From Planctomycetota bacterium (GTDB lineage: Bacteria; Planctomycetota; UBA8108; SXIK01): a stretch of DNA of 64,000 bases. The notes under the pieces are model-generated. The model was not told where the DNA came from, ran no database searches, and saw nothing but the letters and a program-made list of their open reading frames with translations. The stretch is from contig CBDCXR010000004.1 of the NCBI GenBank assembly GCA_965223845.1, positions 6,816,001 through 6,880,000 of the forward strand. Reading direction: 5' to 3'. Positions 48,575-58,699 of this stretch are shown here, piece after piece. Each line of letters starts with the position of its first letter. Position 1 is the first letter of the stretch. A program made the position numbers and the translations under genes.

Positions 48575-50137
48575 GTGAATCCGATTCGTCGCGCTCTTCT
48601 CAGTGTTTCCGATAAAACCGGACTCGTCGCCTTCGCCGAGGGACTCCGCGCGCTCGGCGTCGAAATCGTCTCGACCGGCGGGACGGCGCGGGCACTTCGC
48701 GAGGCCGGGGTCGACATCGTCGCGATCGACGATTTCACCGGATTTCCGGAGATGCTCGGCGGCCGAGTGAAGACGCTCCATCCCCGTGTCCACGGGGGAA
48801 TCCTGTTCGACCGGTCACTCGACGAGCACCGACGGACGATGGAGGAGCACGGACTCGGGGCGATCGACCTCGTTGCGGTGAATCTCTACCCGTTCGAGGC
48901 GACGGTCGCGCGCCCCGACGTGACGTACGAGGACGCCGTCGAGCAGATCGACATCGGCGGACCGGCGATGACGCGAAGCGCGGCGAAGAACCACGCCCAC
49001 GTCACCGTGGTCGTCGCCCCGGATCAGTACGAGGAAGTGCTCGCGGAGATGCGGACGTCCGGCGGATCGACCTCGGTCGAGCTTCGCCGCCGCTTCGCGC
49101 TGCGGGCGTTCGAGCGAACGGCGGCCTACGATCGGGCGATCGTCGAGCACTTCAGCGCCGAGCTCGCCGAGAACGCGGAGATGGATCGACTCCCTCGGGA
49201 GCTGCCCGCGAGGTGGGCGACGCGCCTCCCGCGCGCGCGCGAGCTCCGTTACGGCGAGAATCCTCACCAGAAGGCGGCGGTCTACGGCGCCGTCCTCGAG
49301 CCCTTCCGCCAGGTCCACGGGAAGGAGCTCTCATACAACAACATCCTCGACCTCGCCGCGGCGGAGGAGCTCGTCGAGACGCTCGCTCCGCGCGGCCCGG
49401 CGGTGTCGATCATCAAGCATTCGAATCCGTGCGGCGCCGCGGTGGCCGAGACGCTCGCGGATGCCTGGCGCGATGCGCTGGCTACCGACCCGGTTTCCGC
49501 GAGCGGAGGGATCATCGGTGCGAGTGTCGAAGTCGATGCCGACGCCGCGCGCGCGATGGCCGATCATTTCATCGAGGTTCTCGTCGCGCCCTCCTTCACC
49601 GCCGACGCGCTCGAGATCTTGCGCAAGAAGAAGAATCGCATCCTCCTCGAATGCCCGCGCCCCGTGTTCGGGCGCGAGTGGATTCAGGCGCGAACGCTTC
49701 CCGGAGGCGTGCTCGCGCAGACGACCGACGGCGGCGCCGAGCCAGAGTTCAAGGTCGTGACGGAGCGCACACCGACGGCGAGCGAGCTAGAGGAGCTCGC
49801 GTTCGCCTGGGATGTCGTTCGCTTCGTGAAGTCGAACGCGATCCTCTACTCGCGCGACACTCGCACCCTCGGGGTCGGTGCGGGTCAGATGTCCCGCGTC
49901 GACTCGGCGCGGATCGCGGCGATGAAAGCGCGTGACGCCGGGCTCGACCTCGCCGGGTCGGTCGTCGCGTCGGACGCTTTCTTCCCGTTCGCCGACGGTC
50001 TCATCGCCTGCGCGGAAGCGGGCGCGCGCGCGGTGGTACAGCCGGGCGGGAGCGTTCGCGACAAAGAGGCGATCGCCGCGGCGAACGAACGCGGAGTCGC
50101 GATGGTCTTCACCGGGCGGCGGCATTTTCGTCACTAG
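48575..50137 (+). CDS. purH: Bifunctional AICAR transformylase / IMP cyclohydrolase
   Basis: [73 protein letters not shown]. Confidence 0.98.
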   Translation: MNPIRRALLSVSDKTGLVAFAEGLRALGVEIVSTGGTARALREAGVDIVAIDDFTGFPEMLGGRVKTLHPRVHGGILFDRSLDEHRRTMEEHGLGAIDLVAVNLYPFEATVARPDVTYEDAVEQIDIGGPAMTRSAAKNHAHVTVVVAPDQYEEVLAEMRTSGGSTSVELRRRFALRAFERTAAYDRAIVEHFSAELAENAEMDRLPRELPARWATRLPRARELRYGENPHQKAAVYGAVLEPFRQVHGKELSYNNILDLAAAEELVETLAPRGPAVSIIKHSNPCGAAVAETLADAWRDALATDPVSASGGIIGASVEVDADAARAMADHFIEVLVAPSFTADALEILRKKKNRILLECPRPVFGREWIQARTLPGGVLAQTTDGGAEPEFKVVTERTPTASELEELAFAWDVVRFVKSNAILYSRDTRTLGVGAGQMSRVDSARIAAMKARDAGLDLAGSVVASDAFFPFADGLIACAEAGARAVVQPGGSVRDKEAIAAANERGVAMVFTGRRHFRH

Positions 50138-50225
50138 GCGTAGGAAGCCGTCCCGAATCCGGATCTTCGCCGCGTTGCCCAGCGTCCCGCCGGTCCGCCG
50201 GCGCGATTCGCCGAAACAACGAAGG

Positions 50226-50612
50226 CTAGGCGCGCTTCCAGGCCGTCGGCGCTCCGTTCGCGTCGAGAGCGACGTACACGATCGTCGAACGACAGATCTG
50301 AGCCACTTTGTCGTCCGCGACGTCGCGGACGACGACCCGGCAATCGAGGGTCAGGGACGTCCGGCCCTCGCGCGCCGTCTTGCACCAGATTTCGACGAAA
50401 TCTCCGAGCATCCCCGGAGCGTCGAAGATCACTTCGCCGATCTTCTTCGTGACGAGGGTCTTCGTGCCCATCGCACGCATCGCGATGAGCGCGCCCGCCT
50501 CGTCGATCCACGCCATGAGCCGTCCTCCGAAGAGTCGGCCGCCGAAATTGAGGTCCGAGAACATCACCAGCCGCCGGCTGGCGAGCGTGTATTCTTCGAG
50601 TTCGTCCTGCAT
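50226..50612 (-). CDS. Hotdog-fold acyl-CoA thioesterase (YciA-like)
   Basis: DLNFGGRLFGGRLMAWIDEAG, GRTSL, YVALD..G.P. Confidence 0.9.
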   Translation of the reverse strand: MQDELEEYTLASRRLVMFSDLNFGGRLFGGRLMAWIDEAGALIAMRAMGTKTLVTKKIGEVIFDAPGMLGDFVEIWCKTAREGRTSLTLDCRVVVRDVADDKVAQICRSTIVYVALDANGAPTAWKRA

Positions 50613-50650
50613 CTGTGCCGCCGTCCGATCGAGAACGATCTTCCTGAGCC

Positions 50651-52162
50651 GTGAAGTTATCCCGCGTCCGAGTCGCTTTCCAGGTGGGACTCCACGCCGT
50701 CCTCATCGGGCACGTCGTGGCGTACTACTGGCTCGATTGGCGGTCGGTCGGGGCGCTCGATTTTCAGTCGTTCTTTCGGCACTTTCTCGGCGAGGGGCTC
50801 ATTACGGTCGGGGCGCTGCTCGCCATCCTCGTTTATCTCAGTGCGGCGGTCTTCGGTCGGCTCTTCTGCAGCTGGGGATGCCACTTCGGGGCGACGCAGG
50901 ACTTCGCCGCGTGGGTGCTCAGGCGCTGCGGGTGGCGGCCGCCTCTCGTCCGGACTCGATTCCTCCACTGGTCGCCGGTGGTCTTCCTCGCCGTCATCTT
51001 CGGCGCGCCGCTCGTTCGGCGCTGGGCCGTCGCAGACTGGTCGCCGCGCTGGGATCTGGCCGCGATCGGACCTTGGGACACACTTCCAGGCGTAGCGCTT
51101 TCGGTCGCGACCTTCGCCGTTTGCGGCGCCGCGGTGCTGCTCTTCCTCGGCACGCGCGGCTTTTGCCGTTTCGTCTGCCCTTACGGGGCGGTGTTCCGGG
51201 CGACGGATTGGCTCGCGCCGTTTCGCGTTCGGAAAGTGAGCGAATGCGGGGGCGACGCACGCGGCTGCTCGCCGGACGCGACCCCGCCTTGCACGATGGC
51301 TTGTCCGACCGCGATCGATGTTCACCGCGAGACGACGGCGCGCGGCGAGGTGACGAGCGTCGACTGCGTGCGCTGCAATCTTTGCATCGAAGCCTGTCCG
51401 CAGAGCGCCCTTGCGTACTCGGCCCGCCGGCAGCCGGCGGAAACTCCCGTCGATCTTCCGCGTGCGACCCCGACCTTACCCCTTTGGGGCGAAGTGGTCG
51501 TCGCGGCGGTCGCGGCGGTCACGTACGTCGCCGTCGACCTGGTTTACGGGGGGCACTTTCTCGCTGCCGTGCTCGCGCTCGGGGAGGGCTGGCTCGCGTT
51601 CGTCGTCCTCGCCGGGATCGCGGGAAGAGAGGACACGCGAGTCTTCGGTCGCGAGCTCCGGCGGACGAGCGCCGCCGGGAAGCGCCGCTGGACCGGCTCG
51701 GGCGTCGTCGCGGCGGGAGCGTTCCTCCTCTCGACCGTCCCGATCTTCGAAGCGGGCGCGTTCAAAACGCTGCGCTGGCTCGCGCTTCGCGACGACCCGG
51801 CGGGCGCCTCCGCGCTACGTCCAAGTGCGGAGGCTCCGAGCGATCCGGCGACGCGACGGCGGCTCGAGCGCGCCGCGAATCGCTACGCGCGTGCGCTCGA
51901 GTACTTCCCGGGCCACTCGGAAACGCGCCGACTCCTTCTCGGGGTGTACGTCCGGCTCCATGACCGCCGGGCCGTGGGTCTCGCGGAAGCGCTCGATCGG
52001 GACGCGAGCGGAACGGATCCGGGCGCGCGCGAAATCTTGCGCTGGGTTTACCGCCACTTCGGCGAGTCGGAGAAGGCGGCGGCACTGCCGAATCCCGCCT
52101 CGGGCGGCCGAGGCGACGTGCTCCCCGACCCGCCCTCCGGGATCGACTCGCCCCCGAAGTGA
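50651..52162 (+). CDS. Membrane polyferredoxin (NapH/YccM-like 4Fe-4S binding) with TPR-like C-terminus
   Basis: GRLFCSWGCHFG, FCRFVCPYG, CTMACP, CVRCNLCIEACP; multiple TMs. Confidence 0.85.
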   Translation: MKLSRVRVAFQVGLHAVLIGHVVAYYWLDWRSVGALDFQSFFRHFLGEGLITVGALLAILVYLSAAVFGRLFCSWGCHFGATQDFAAWVLRRCGWRPPLVRTRFLHWSPVVFLAVIFGAPLVRRWAVADWSPRWDLAAIGPWDTLPGVALSVATFAVCGAAVLLFLGTRGFCRFVCPYGAVFRATDWLAPFRVRKVSECGGDARGCSPDATPPCTMACPTAIDVHRETTARGEVTSVDCVRCNLCIEACPQSALAYSARRQPAETPVDLPRATPTLPLWGEVVVAAVAAVTYVAVDLVYGGHFLAAVLALGEGWLAFVVLAGIAGREDTRVFGRELRRTSAAGKRRWTGSGVVAAGAFLLSTVPIFEAGAFKTLRWLALRDDPAGASALRPSAEAPSDPATRRRLERAANRYARALEYFPGHSETRRLLLGVYVRLHDRRAVGLAEALDRDASGTDPGAREILRWVYRHFGESEKAAALPNPASGGRGDVLPDPPSGIDSPPK

Positions 52163-52308
52163 GCGGTCTGGCGGCCCGGCGAGGGGAAAATCGAATACCC
52201 TCGCACCGCGCGAGCGCTACAATACCCTGTTCGTCGCGCCGGCCGGGGTCGATCCGGTTGGCGCTTTTCCTAAGTTGATTGGGCGTAGAGCTTAAGGGGA
52301 CTCGGGCC

Positions 52309-53292
52309 GTGGCTGTCGACAGCGTACTTCGGGACGTCTCGCGCGTCTTCTTCGCCCTCTGCGCGCTCTTCCTTCCGATCGAACACGTGTTGGGGGAGGA
52401 CGCGCCGCCGCTCGAGAAGCTCATCGAGCTCAACGCCGCCGAGCTGTTCGGCGGAAACGTCGAGGTCAAGGAGGGGCGGCTCATCATCCGGTATCCCGGC
52501 GCCGGCCTGTTCGCCCAGGGCTTCGCCGTACGATCTAAGGGAACAGGGCAGATCGTTTCGGATCAGGGCGCCATCAAGGGCGTCACGATGCGGAACCAGC
52601 TCATCAAGGGGGCGGAGAAGCAGTTTTCGTTCGCCGGGCTGAAGTCCGGCAGCGCCGAATCTCGGTTCCAGCTCGGTGACGACTTCAAGATCACGTTCGG
52701 TCTGAAGATCCCGAACCTTGCGAAGAACGCCTCACTCAATTTTTTCTTCAGCCGTAAAGGAAGCAGGGAGTTCATTCAGTCCCGTTTTTTGGCGGATCTC
52801 TACGCCGTCAATAAGGGAAAGAAGCGCCGCGCCCGTCCCACCGACCGGCGCTACCTCGGTCCCGCCGCCGCGTGGTTCGACACCGCCGCGGAAGCCGGGG
52901 TGAAATACGAGATCCGCCTCAAGGACCGAAATCTCACGATCGCCAAGTTCGCCGGCAAGGAGAAGGAGACCGTCGTCTCCCTCGAAGACCTACCCGGGGA
53001 TCTCGGTGGGCGGATCGGGTTCAGTTTCGATCGCGTCACGTTCATGGTGCGGGATTTCGTCGTCGAGACGTCGATCCCACGCGAGTGGGCGGAAACGGCG
53101 ATCGCAGATCTACGCCGCGGCGGCAAGCTGAAGCTTGCGAAGGAAAGCCCGGCGCCCAAGAAGGAATCCAGCAAGAAGGAAGGTCCTCAGGTCGCGAAGG
53201 GCGGCGCTGAGACCGACACGACGAAGGACTGGGACAAGCTGGTCGAGGTCGACATTGACAAGCCGGACCCCGAGGCCGACGAAGATCTGTAG
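52309..53292 (+). CDS. Hypothetical exported protein (beta-rich, basic, acidic tail)
   Basis: AAGGGGA RBS and GTG start; signal-like N-terminus; strongly coding codon usage; upstream TACAAT at 52218-52223. Confidence 0.75.
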   Translation: MAVDSVLRDVSRVFFALCALFLPIEHVLGEDAPPLEKLIELNAAELFGGNVEVKEGRLIIRYPGAGLFAQGFAVRSKGTGQIVSDQGAIKGVTMRNQLIKGAEKQFSFAGLKSGSAESRFQLGDDFKITFGLKIPNLAKNASLNFFFSRKGSREFIQSRFLADLYAVNKGKKRRARPTDRRYLGPAAAWFDTAAEAGVKYEIRLKDRNLTIAKFAGKEKETVVSLEDLPGDLGGRIGFSFDRVTFMVRDFVVETSIPREWAETAIADLRRGGKLKLAKESPAPKKESSKKEGPQVAKGGAETDTTKDWDKLVEVDIDKPDPEADEDL

Positions 53293-53645
53293 GACGAGTG
53301 GGGACAGGCGGACCATCCGCCCGGACGAACACGCCCCGCACTCGTGCTCCGTGCCTCGAGTGATCCCGCGCGGCGCCGATTCGGCGTGCGGGACGACGAA
53401 CGGTCGCATCCCGGCAGCGGGACGACCCCACCCCGGCGAGACCTCGCGTGCAGCGTCGAGCCCCGACGGACCCGGCCGAGCGGCCGGCCTCAGGGTGCGC
53501 GTGACCGACTCCTCCATCGCTTCGCCGATGGGCCTGCGCGGCCTTGCCGCGGAGACTCCGGACACGCTCGCCGAGCGATGCGCCCCCATCGTGGCGCGTC
53601 GGATTCGACCGCACGCCTCGACCCGTCCCTCAGAAGACGGACACT

Positions 53646-55514
53646 ATGAGTTCAGAGACTACCGAAAAGAGCTTCGCGGATTTCCGCCTGTCCGAGCCGG
53701 TGCTCCAGGCGATTCGCGAAATGGGCATCCACACTCCCACCCCGATTCAGCGGCTCTGCATCGATCCGATCGCGGACGGTAAGGACGTCGTCGGCAAGGC
53801 CGAGACCGGGACCGGAAAGACGCTCGGATTCTCGGCGCCGCTGATCGACAAGATCGATCCCGAACGCGTCTCGCCGCAGGCTTTGGTACTGACCCCGACG
53901 CGGGAGCTCGCGCAGCAAGTCGCGGGGGTCCTCGAAGTGCTGGGGGAGAGCCGAGGTCTCCGCGTCGCTACGGTCGTCGGCGGTATCCACGCGAGCGAGC
54001 AGCTTCTTCGACTCCGGACGGGCTGCCAGATCGTCGTCGGCACGCCCGGTCGCGTGCTCGACTTCTTGCGAGAGCGCCAGCTTTCGCTCGCATGGTGCGA
54101 GACGGTCATCCTCGACGAAGCCGACCGGATGCTCGACATGGGCTTCATCGACGACGTGACCGCCATCGTCGAACGGACGCCGAAGGAGCGCCAAACGCTT
54201 CTCTTCTCCGCCACCATCCCGCCCGAGGTCAATCGACTGCTGAAGCGATTCATGAAGAACCCAGAAGTGTATTCGACGGTTTCGGGAAGTACGACCGCGC
54301 GTGAAATCGAGCAGAAGTACGCCGAGGTGCGGTTTCCGCAGAAGTTCAAGGCGCTCGCGAAGTTGCTCGACGAGTACGACGAGGGGCCGGTGATCGTCTT
54401 TTGCAACACTCGGCGTCAGACGATCGACCTCGATCGAATGTTGTGGGGAAACGGTTACAGCGCCGGCGCGCTCCACGGCGATCAGGAGCAGGAGCAGCGC
54501 TTCAAGATCCTCGAAGCGTTCCGCACGGGCGAGATTCGCATCCTCGTGTGCACGGACGTCGCGTCCCGAGGTCTCGACATCGACGACGTGGCGCTCGTCG
54601 TCAACTACGAGATTCCGGACGACGAGGACTCGTACGTCCATCGCGTCGGACGAACCGGGCGCGCGAACAAGACTGGAGTCGCGATCTCCCTCGTCTCCGA
54701 CCGCGAGCGGATGAGCTGGAGTCGCATCCAGCGGAGCGTCGACGCGGAGATGGAGTGCATCGCGAAGGCGCCGCGTGGGCGCGATCGCGATCGCGGTCGC
54801 GGTGAGCGCGATTCCCGCTCCCGGCGAGATCGCGGAGGTCGGGATCGCCGGGGCGGACGTGATCGCGGTCGCGGCGATCGGGGCGGTCGCGAGCGCGGGG
54901 AGCGGGGTGAGCGCGGTGAGCGAAGCGAACGCGCCGGGGGGAGAGCGCCGCGCCGCCGCTCCGGCGGCTCCGCCCGGCCCGCGGGCGGCGAGCGCCGCGA
55001 AGAGGCGAACGGGGGCGGGGCGAGCGACAACGCGTTCGGAGTCGGGCTCGGCGAAGCGAGCGACGCGGGTCGGACGCGAGAGCGCCCGCCGCGACCGACG
55101 ATCGACAAGAAGCAGCTCAAGCGGATCGACGAGATCGACGACGATTTCGTCAAGACCGACTACTTCGATATCGACGAGGGCGTCATCGCCCGCGCCGAGC
55201 CCAGTGCGCCCGCGCGCACGAAGAACGAGCGAAGATCGCGCTCCGGCGGCGACGATCGGGACGCCGACGGCGCTCGGCGGAAACGCCGGCGGCGAGGGGG
55301 CCGGTCGCGTCCGCGCTCCGAGTCCGGAGGCGAAGGGCGATCGAGCTCCAGTTCGGCCTCCGGCTCCGGGCGACCCGCGAACCGGGCTTCCGGCGAATCC
55401 GGTGGGTCGGCTGAGGCGCGCGCCGGATCCGACGCGGCCGACGGACGGCGTCCGCGCCGCCGCCGCAGTCGCCGGCGGCGCTCGGAGTCCGCATCGTCTT
55501 CCGACGGCGATTGA
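53646..55514 (+). CDS. DEAD-box RNA helicase with long Arg/Gly/Ser-rich disordered tail
   Basis: Q motif (F..F.L...G...PTPIQ), AETGTGKT, PTRELA, TPGR, DEAD, SAT, SRGLD, HRVGRTGR. Confidence 0.96.
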   Translation: MSSETTEKSFADFRLSEPVLQAIREMGIHTPTPIQRLCIDPIADGKDVVGKAETGTGKTLGFSAPLIDKIDPERVSPQALVLTPTRELAQQVAGVLEVLGESRGLRVATVVGGIHASEQLLRLRTGCQIVVGTPGRVLDFLRERQLSLAWCETVILDEADRMLDMGFIDDVTAIVERTPKERQTLLFSATIPPEVNRLLKRFMKNPEVYSTVSGSTTAREIEQKYAEVRFPQKFKALAKLLDEYDEGPVIVFCNTRRQTIDLDRMLWGNGYSAGALHGDQEQEQRFKILEAFRTGEIRILVCTDVASRGLDIDDVALVVNYEIPDDEDSYVHRVGRTGRANKTGVAISLVSDRERMSWSRIQRSVDAEMECIAKAPRGRDRDRGRGERDSRSRRDRGGRDRRGGRDRGRGDRGGRERGERGERGERSERAGGRAPRRRSGGSARPAGGERREEANGGGASDNAFGVGLGEASDAGRTRERPPRPTIDKKQLKRIDEIDDDFVKTDYFDIDEGVIARAEPSAPARTKNERRSRSGGDDRDADGARRKRRRRGGRSRPRSESGGEGRSSSSSASGSGRPANRASGESGGSAEARAGSDAADGRRPRRRRSRRRRSESASSSDGD

Positions 55515-55651
55515 CCTGCTCGCGGGTCGCCGGACGGAGTTCACTCGGACATCACAGAATCTTCATTTCCGGCTGCTACAGATCGAACCAAGAGCCGGCG
55601 TTCGCCGTGCCACTTTCGATCTCAATCGCTAGGCAGGAATCGAATCCCAAC

Positions 55652-56338
55652 ATGTCCGTCGCCACCGTGCTTGTCGTCGAGGACGAACGAGATCTCGCGG
55701 ACGTCATTGAGTACAACTTCAAGCGAGATGGATTCAACGTCTTCTCCGCATCGAACGGCGAGAAGGGACTCGACCTCGCACGCGAAAAGCGGCCGAACGT
55801 CGTCCTTCTCGATCTGATGCTCCCGGGGCTCGACGGGATCGAGGTCGCGAAGCGACTGCGACTCGACCCGGAGACGCGAGACATCGCGATCATCATGCTC
55901 ACCGCGAAGGGAGAGGAGAGCGATGTCGTCGTCGGGCTCGAGGTCGGCGCGGACGACTACGTCACCAAGCCGTTCCGCATGAAGGAGCTCATCGCGCGCG
56001 TGAAGGCCGTGCTCCGGCGTGGTCACGTCGAGGACGACGTACCCGCGGGAAAACGGATCGAGCGCGGTGACCTCGTGCTCGATACTGCGAAGTACCAGGC
56101 GATCGTCGCCGGCGAGGAGCTTCCCCTCACGCTGACCGAGTTCAAGCTGATCGCCGCACTCGCGTCGGCGCCGGGACGAGTGTTCACGCGCGATCTGCTT
56201 CTGCGAAAGATCCAGGGGGACGTCTGGGTCGACGAGCGGAACATCGACGTGCACGTGCGGGCGATTCGAAAGAAGCTCGGTGACAAGAAAGACCTGATCG
56301 TCACGGTCCGCGGAGTCGGCTACAAGTTCAAAGAGTAG
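55652..56338 (+). CDS. OmpR/PhoB-family response regulator
   Basis: VVEDE, LLDLMLPG, MLTAK, GADDYVTKPF, wHTH with LTLTEF and IDVHV..IRKKL...TVRGVGYKF. Confidence 0.95.
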   Translation: MSVATVLVVEDERDLADVIEYNFKRDGFNVFSASNGEKGLDLAREKRPNVVLLDLMLPGLDGIEVAKRLRLDPETRDIAIIMLTAKGEESDVVVGLEVGADDYVTKPFRMKELIARVKAVLRRGHVEDDVPAGKRIERGDLVLDTAKYQAIVAGEELPLTLTEFKLIAALASAPGRVFTRDLLLRKIQGDVWVDERNIDVHVRAIRKKLGDKKDLIVTVRGVGYKFKE

Positions 56339-56360
56339 CGAGCACTCTTCGCTGGCCCGA

Positions 56361-57152
56361 TCAGTTCTCCTGCGGAGTCGGGAGCCGAAACGACTCCGAC
56401 ACCTTGCGCGCGCGGACGAATACTTTGCGGTGGCAGAGGAGCTCGCTCGACGCCGCAAAGCCCGACAGCTCGCGCTGGAGCTCCGGCGATGCGATCGGCT
56501 TTCGTTCGGCCTTCTGCCGCTTTCGCCGGCGCTTCCTGTCGCTCCAGCGAACGAGGACGCCGGTGAGCGGCCGCACGAACGGGTAGAGAACGGTCGACGC
56601 CGTGCTCCGTTTGAGCCCGCGGAGAGCGATTTCGTCGAACTGCGCGAGGCGAAGCAGATAACGGATCTGGAAGAAGGGCAGCGTAAACGCGTGGCCGTGG
56701 TAGAAGCGCTCGCCGTCGCCGCCCCAGATCGTCGTCTCCTCGTTCGGAAACCCGCTGTGGAAGCTCTTCATGCCCGTGAGGAGGTAGCTCAGCCGGCTGC
56801 TGAGATCCATGAAGTTCGGAGTCGTGATCCAGACGTACCCGCCTTCGCGAAGGACGCGCGAGCACTCACGGATGAAGCGAGGAAGGTTCTCGAGGTGCTC
56901 GACTCCCTCCTGGCACACGACGTGATCGAAGGCGCCGTCCGGAAAGGGGAGCGGCTCGTTCATGTCGGCGGGGACGGATTCGTGTCCCGGCCACTCGAGA
57001 CACTCGGGGAAGAGGTCAGCGCTCGTCACATCGCAGCCGACCTCGTCGAGCGCCCGGCTGAGCCGGCCCGCACCGGCGGGGAGATCGAGCACCCGGTCGC
57101 CGCCGTGCCGAGCGATCTCGTCACGCAAGAGGTCCGTGGTCGCCGTCGACAC
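56361..57152 (-). CDS. Class I SAM-dependent methyltransferase
   Basis: VLDLPAGAG, LPFPDGAFD.V...EGVEHL, RVLREGG..ITTPN. Confidence 0.9.
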   Translation of the reverse strand: MSTATTDLLRDEIARHGGDRVLDLPAGAGRLSRALDEVGCDVTSADLFPECLEWPGHESVPADMNEPLPFPDGAFDHVVCQEGVEHLENLPRFIRECSRVLREGGYVWITTPNFMDLSSRLSYLLTGMKSFHSGFPNEETTIWGGDGERFYHGHAFTLPFFQIRYLLRLAQFDEIALRGLKRSTASTVLYPFVRPLTGVLVRWSDRKRRRKRQKAERKPIASPELQRELSGFAASSELLCHRKVFVRARKVSESFRLPTPQEN

Positions 57153-57174
57153 TTCGAGAGTCCTCCGGGCCAGT

Positions 57175-58500
57175 CTACTCGTGCGGCCAGTCGCGAATCT
57201 GCGCCGAGAGGCGCTCGACGACTCGCGGGCGCGCGCGGCTGAGATTCATCTCCTCGCGCGGATCGGCCGCGACGTGGAAGAGCTCCGGATCGGACTTCGA
57301 TGCTCCGCCGGCAGGCACGACGAGCTTCCACGGTCCTTCGAGGCACCAGCGGAAGAGGACGTTCTTCGCCGGCGTGTGGATGTCGACCGCGTTGTGCCGG
57401 TAGATCGCCCCGTAGATGCGCCGGCGCGCCGCGAGGCGTTCAGCATCGCGAAGGTCGACTCCCGGCATCGTCCGCGGGACGGCCACTCCGCACGCGGAGA
57501 GGATCGTCGGTGCGAGGTCGATCGCGCTCACGGGAGTTTCGTCCACTCTCGGCTCGACGCGACCGGGCCACCGGACCATCACCGGAGTGCGGAGTCCGCC
57601 GTCGTACGGGCTCCGCTTCGACCGCGGCGCATAGCGCTGGGCGTCGCGGCGGTTGATCCAGCCGTTGTCGGTGATGAAGACGACGAGAGTGTTCTCCGCG
57701 AGTTTCTTCCGTTCGAGGTAGTCGAGGAGCTCGCCGCAGGTCTCGTCGAACCACTCGCACATCGCCCAGTAGCGGGCGATGTGGATCGAGCCCGTCCGGC
57801 CGCGATACTTCTCGAGGAGACGCTTAGGTGGATTGTGTGGCGTGTGCGGGAGGAACGGCGCGTACCAGATGAAGAACGGACTCTCGCCCGAAGCGTCGAT
57901 GAAGTCGAAGATCGGTTTCATCCCCTTCCGGCCGATGTCGAGGCCATCGTCGCCGTGGCGTCCACCGCGCTTCGGATCGCCGTGGGTCATTCCCGCCGTG
58001 AATCCGCCGCGCCGGTACGATCCGTGCCACCACTTGCCGGTCTGAAGGCTGACGTAGCCGCGCTCGCCGAGGAGCCGCGGGAGCGTAGGGACGGCTTCGA
58101 TGTAATCGTCCATGCGCTCGCACTCGGCCTGGTAGCCGGGGTCGCGATACACCGCTCCGCCGCGGAGTCCGGGAGGAGCCGGCGGTTCGTTCCCGGTGAT
58201 CTTGTGCTGATAGGGATAGAGCCCGGTGATGATGGTCGCGAGGGACGGACAGCAGAGGCTCGTCGTTACGTAACCGCGAGGGAAGGTGAGACTCTGCGCG
58301 GCGAGTCGATCGAGACGCGGCGTCTCGATGTGTGGATGGCCCATGAAGCCGAAGTCGGACCACGCTTGATCATCTGAAATGATGACGACGACGTTCGGCG
58401 GGCGGGGGTCTTGGGCGTCGACCGCGCGCGGAATGCACGCGAGGAAGAGCGCGAGCGCGATGGGAGAGGACGGGCGGGCGGAGCGAGAGTTTCGAGTCAC
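57175..58500 (-). CDS. Secreted sulfatase (S1 family)
   Basis: Signal peptide; PNVVVIISDDQ, TPRLDRLA, SLCCPSLATIITG, GKWW, PHTPH, TDNG, SKRSPYDGG.RTP. Confidence 0.93.
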   Translation of the reverse strand: MTRNSRSARPSSPIALALFLACIPRAVDAQDPRPPNVVVIISDDQAWSDFGFMGHPHIETPRLDRLAAQSLTFPRGYVTTSLCCPSLATIITGLYPYQHKITGNEPPAPPGLRGGAVYRDPGYQAECERMDDYIEAVPTLPRLLGERGYVSLQTGKWWHGSYRRGGFTAGMTHGDPKRGGRHGDDGLDIGRKGMKPIFDFIDASGESPFFIWYAPFLPHTPHNPPKRLLEKYRGRTGSIHIARYWAMCEWFDETCGELLDYLERKKLAENTLVVFITDNGWINRRDAQRYAPRSKRSPYDGGLRTPVMVRWPGRVEPRVDETPVSAIDLAPTILSACGVAVPRTMPGVDLRDAERLAARRRIYGAIYRHNAVDIHTPAKNVLFRWCLEGPWKLVVPAGGASKSDPELFHVAADPREEMNLSRARPRVVERLSAQIRDWPHE

Positions 58501-58699
58501 GGTTCCACTAAGAAAGAAGGGAGGCGGCGGAGTCGTTCAGACTCGTCGGGACAAGATACTGGAACCCAGCGCGAGCGGCCAGTCCGGCGTTCGTCGGCCG
58601 AAGCGGACGCGCTCGGAGATTTGCGCGACGGTCGTGACCTGAGCCGAGTCCGAACGGAACCGTCGTTCGGAGCACTTCGGCCGTCCGAAGCGCTCTCCC

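Noticed and set aside
55652-56338. Naming the response regulator phoB
   Set aside because: PhoB-like, but there is no adjacent phoR/pst genes, so it is kept at family level.
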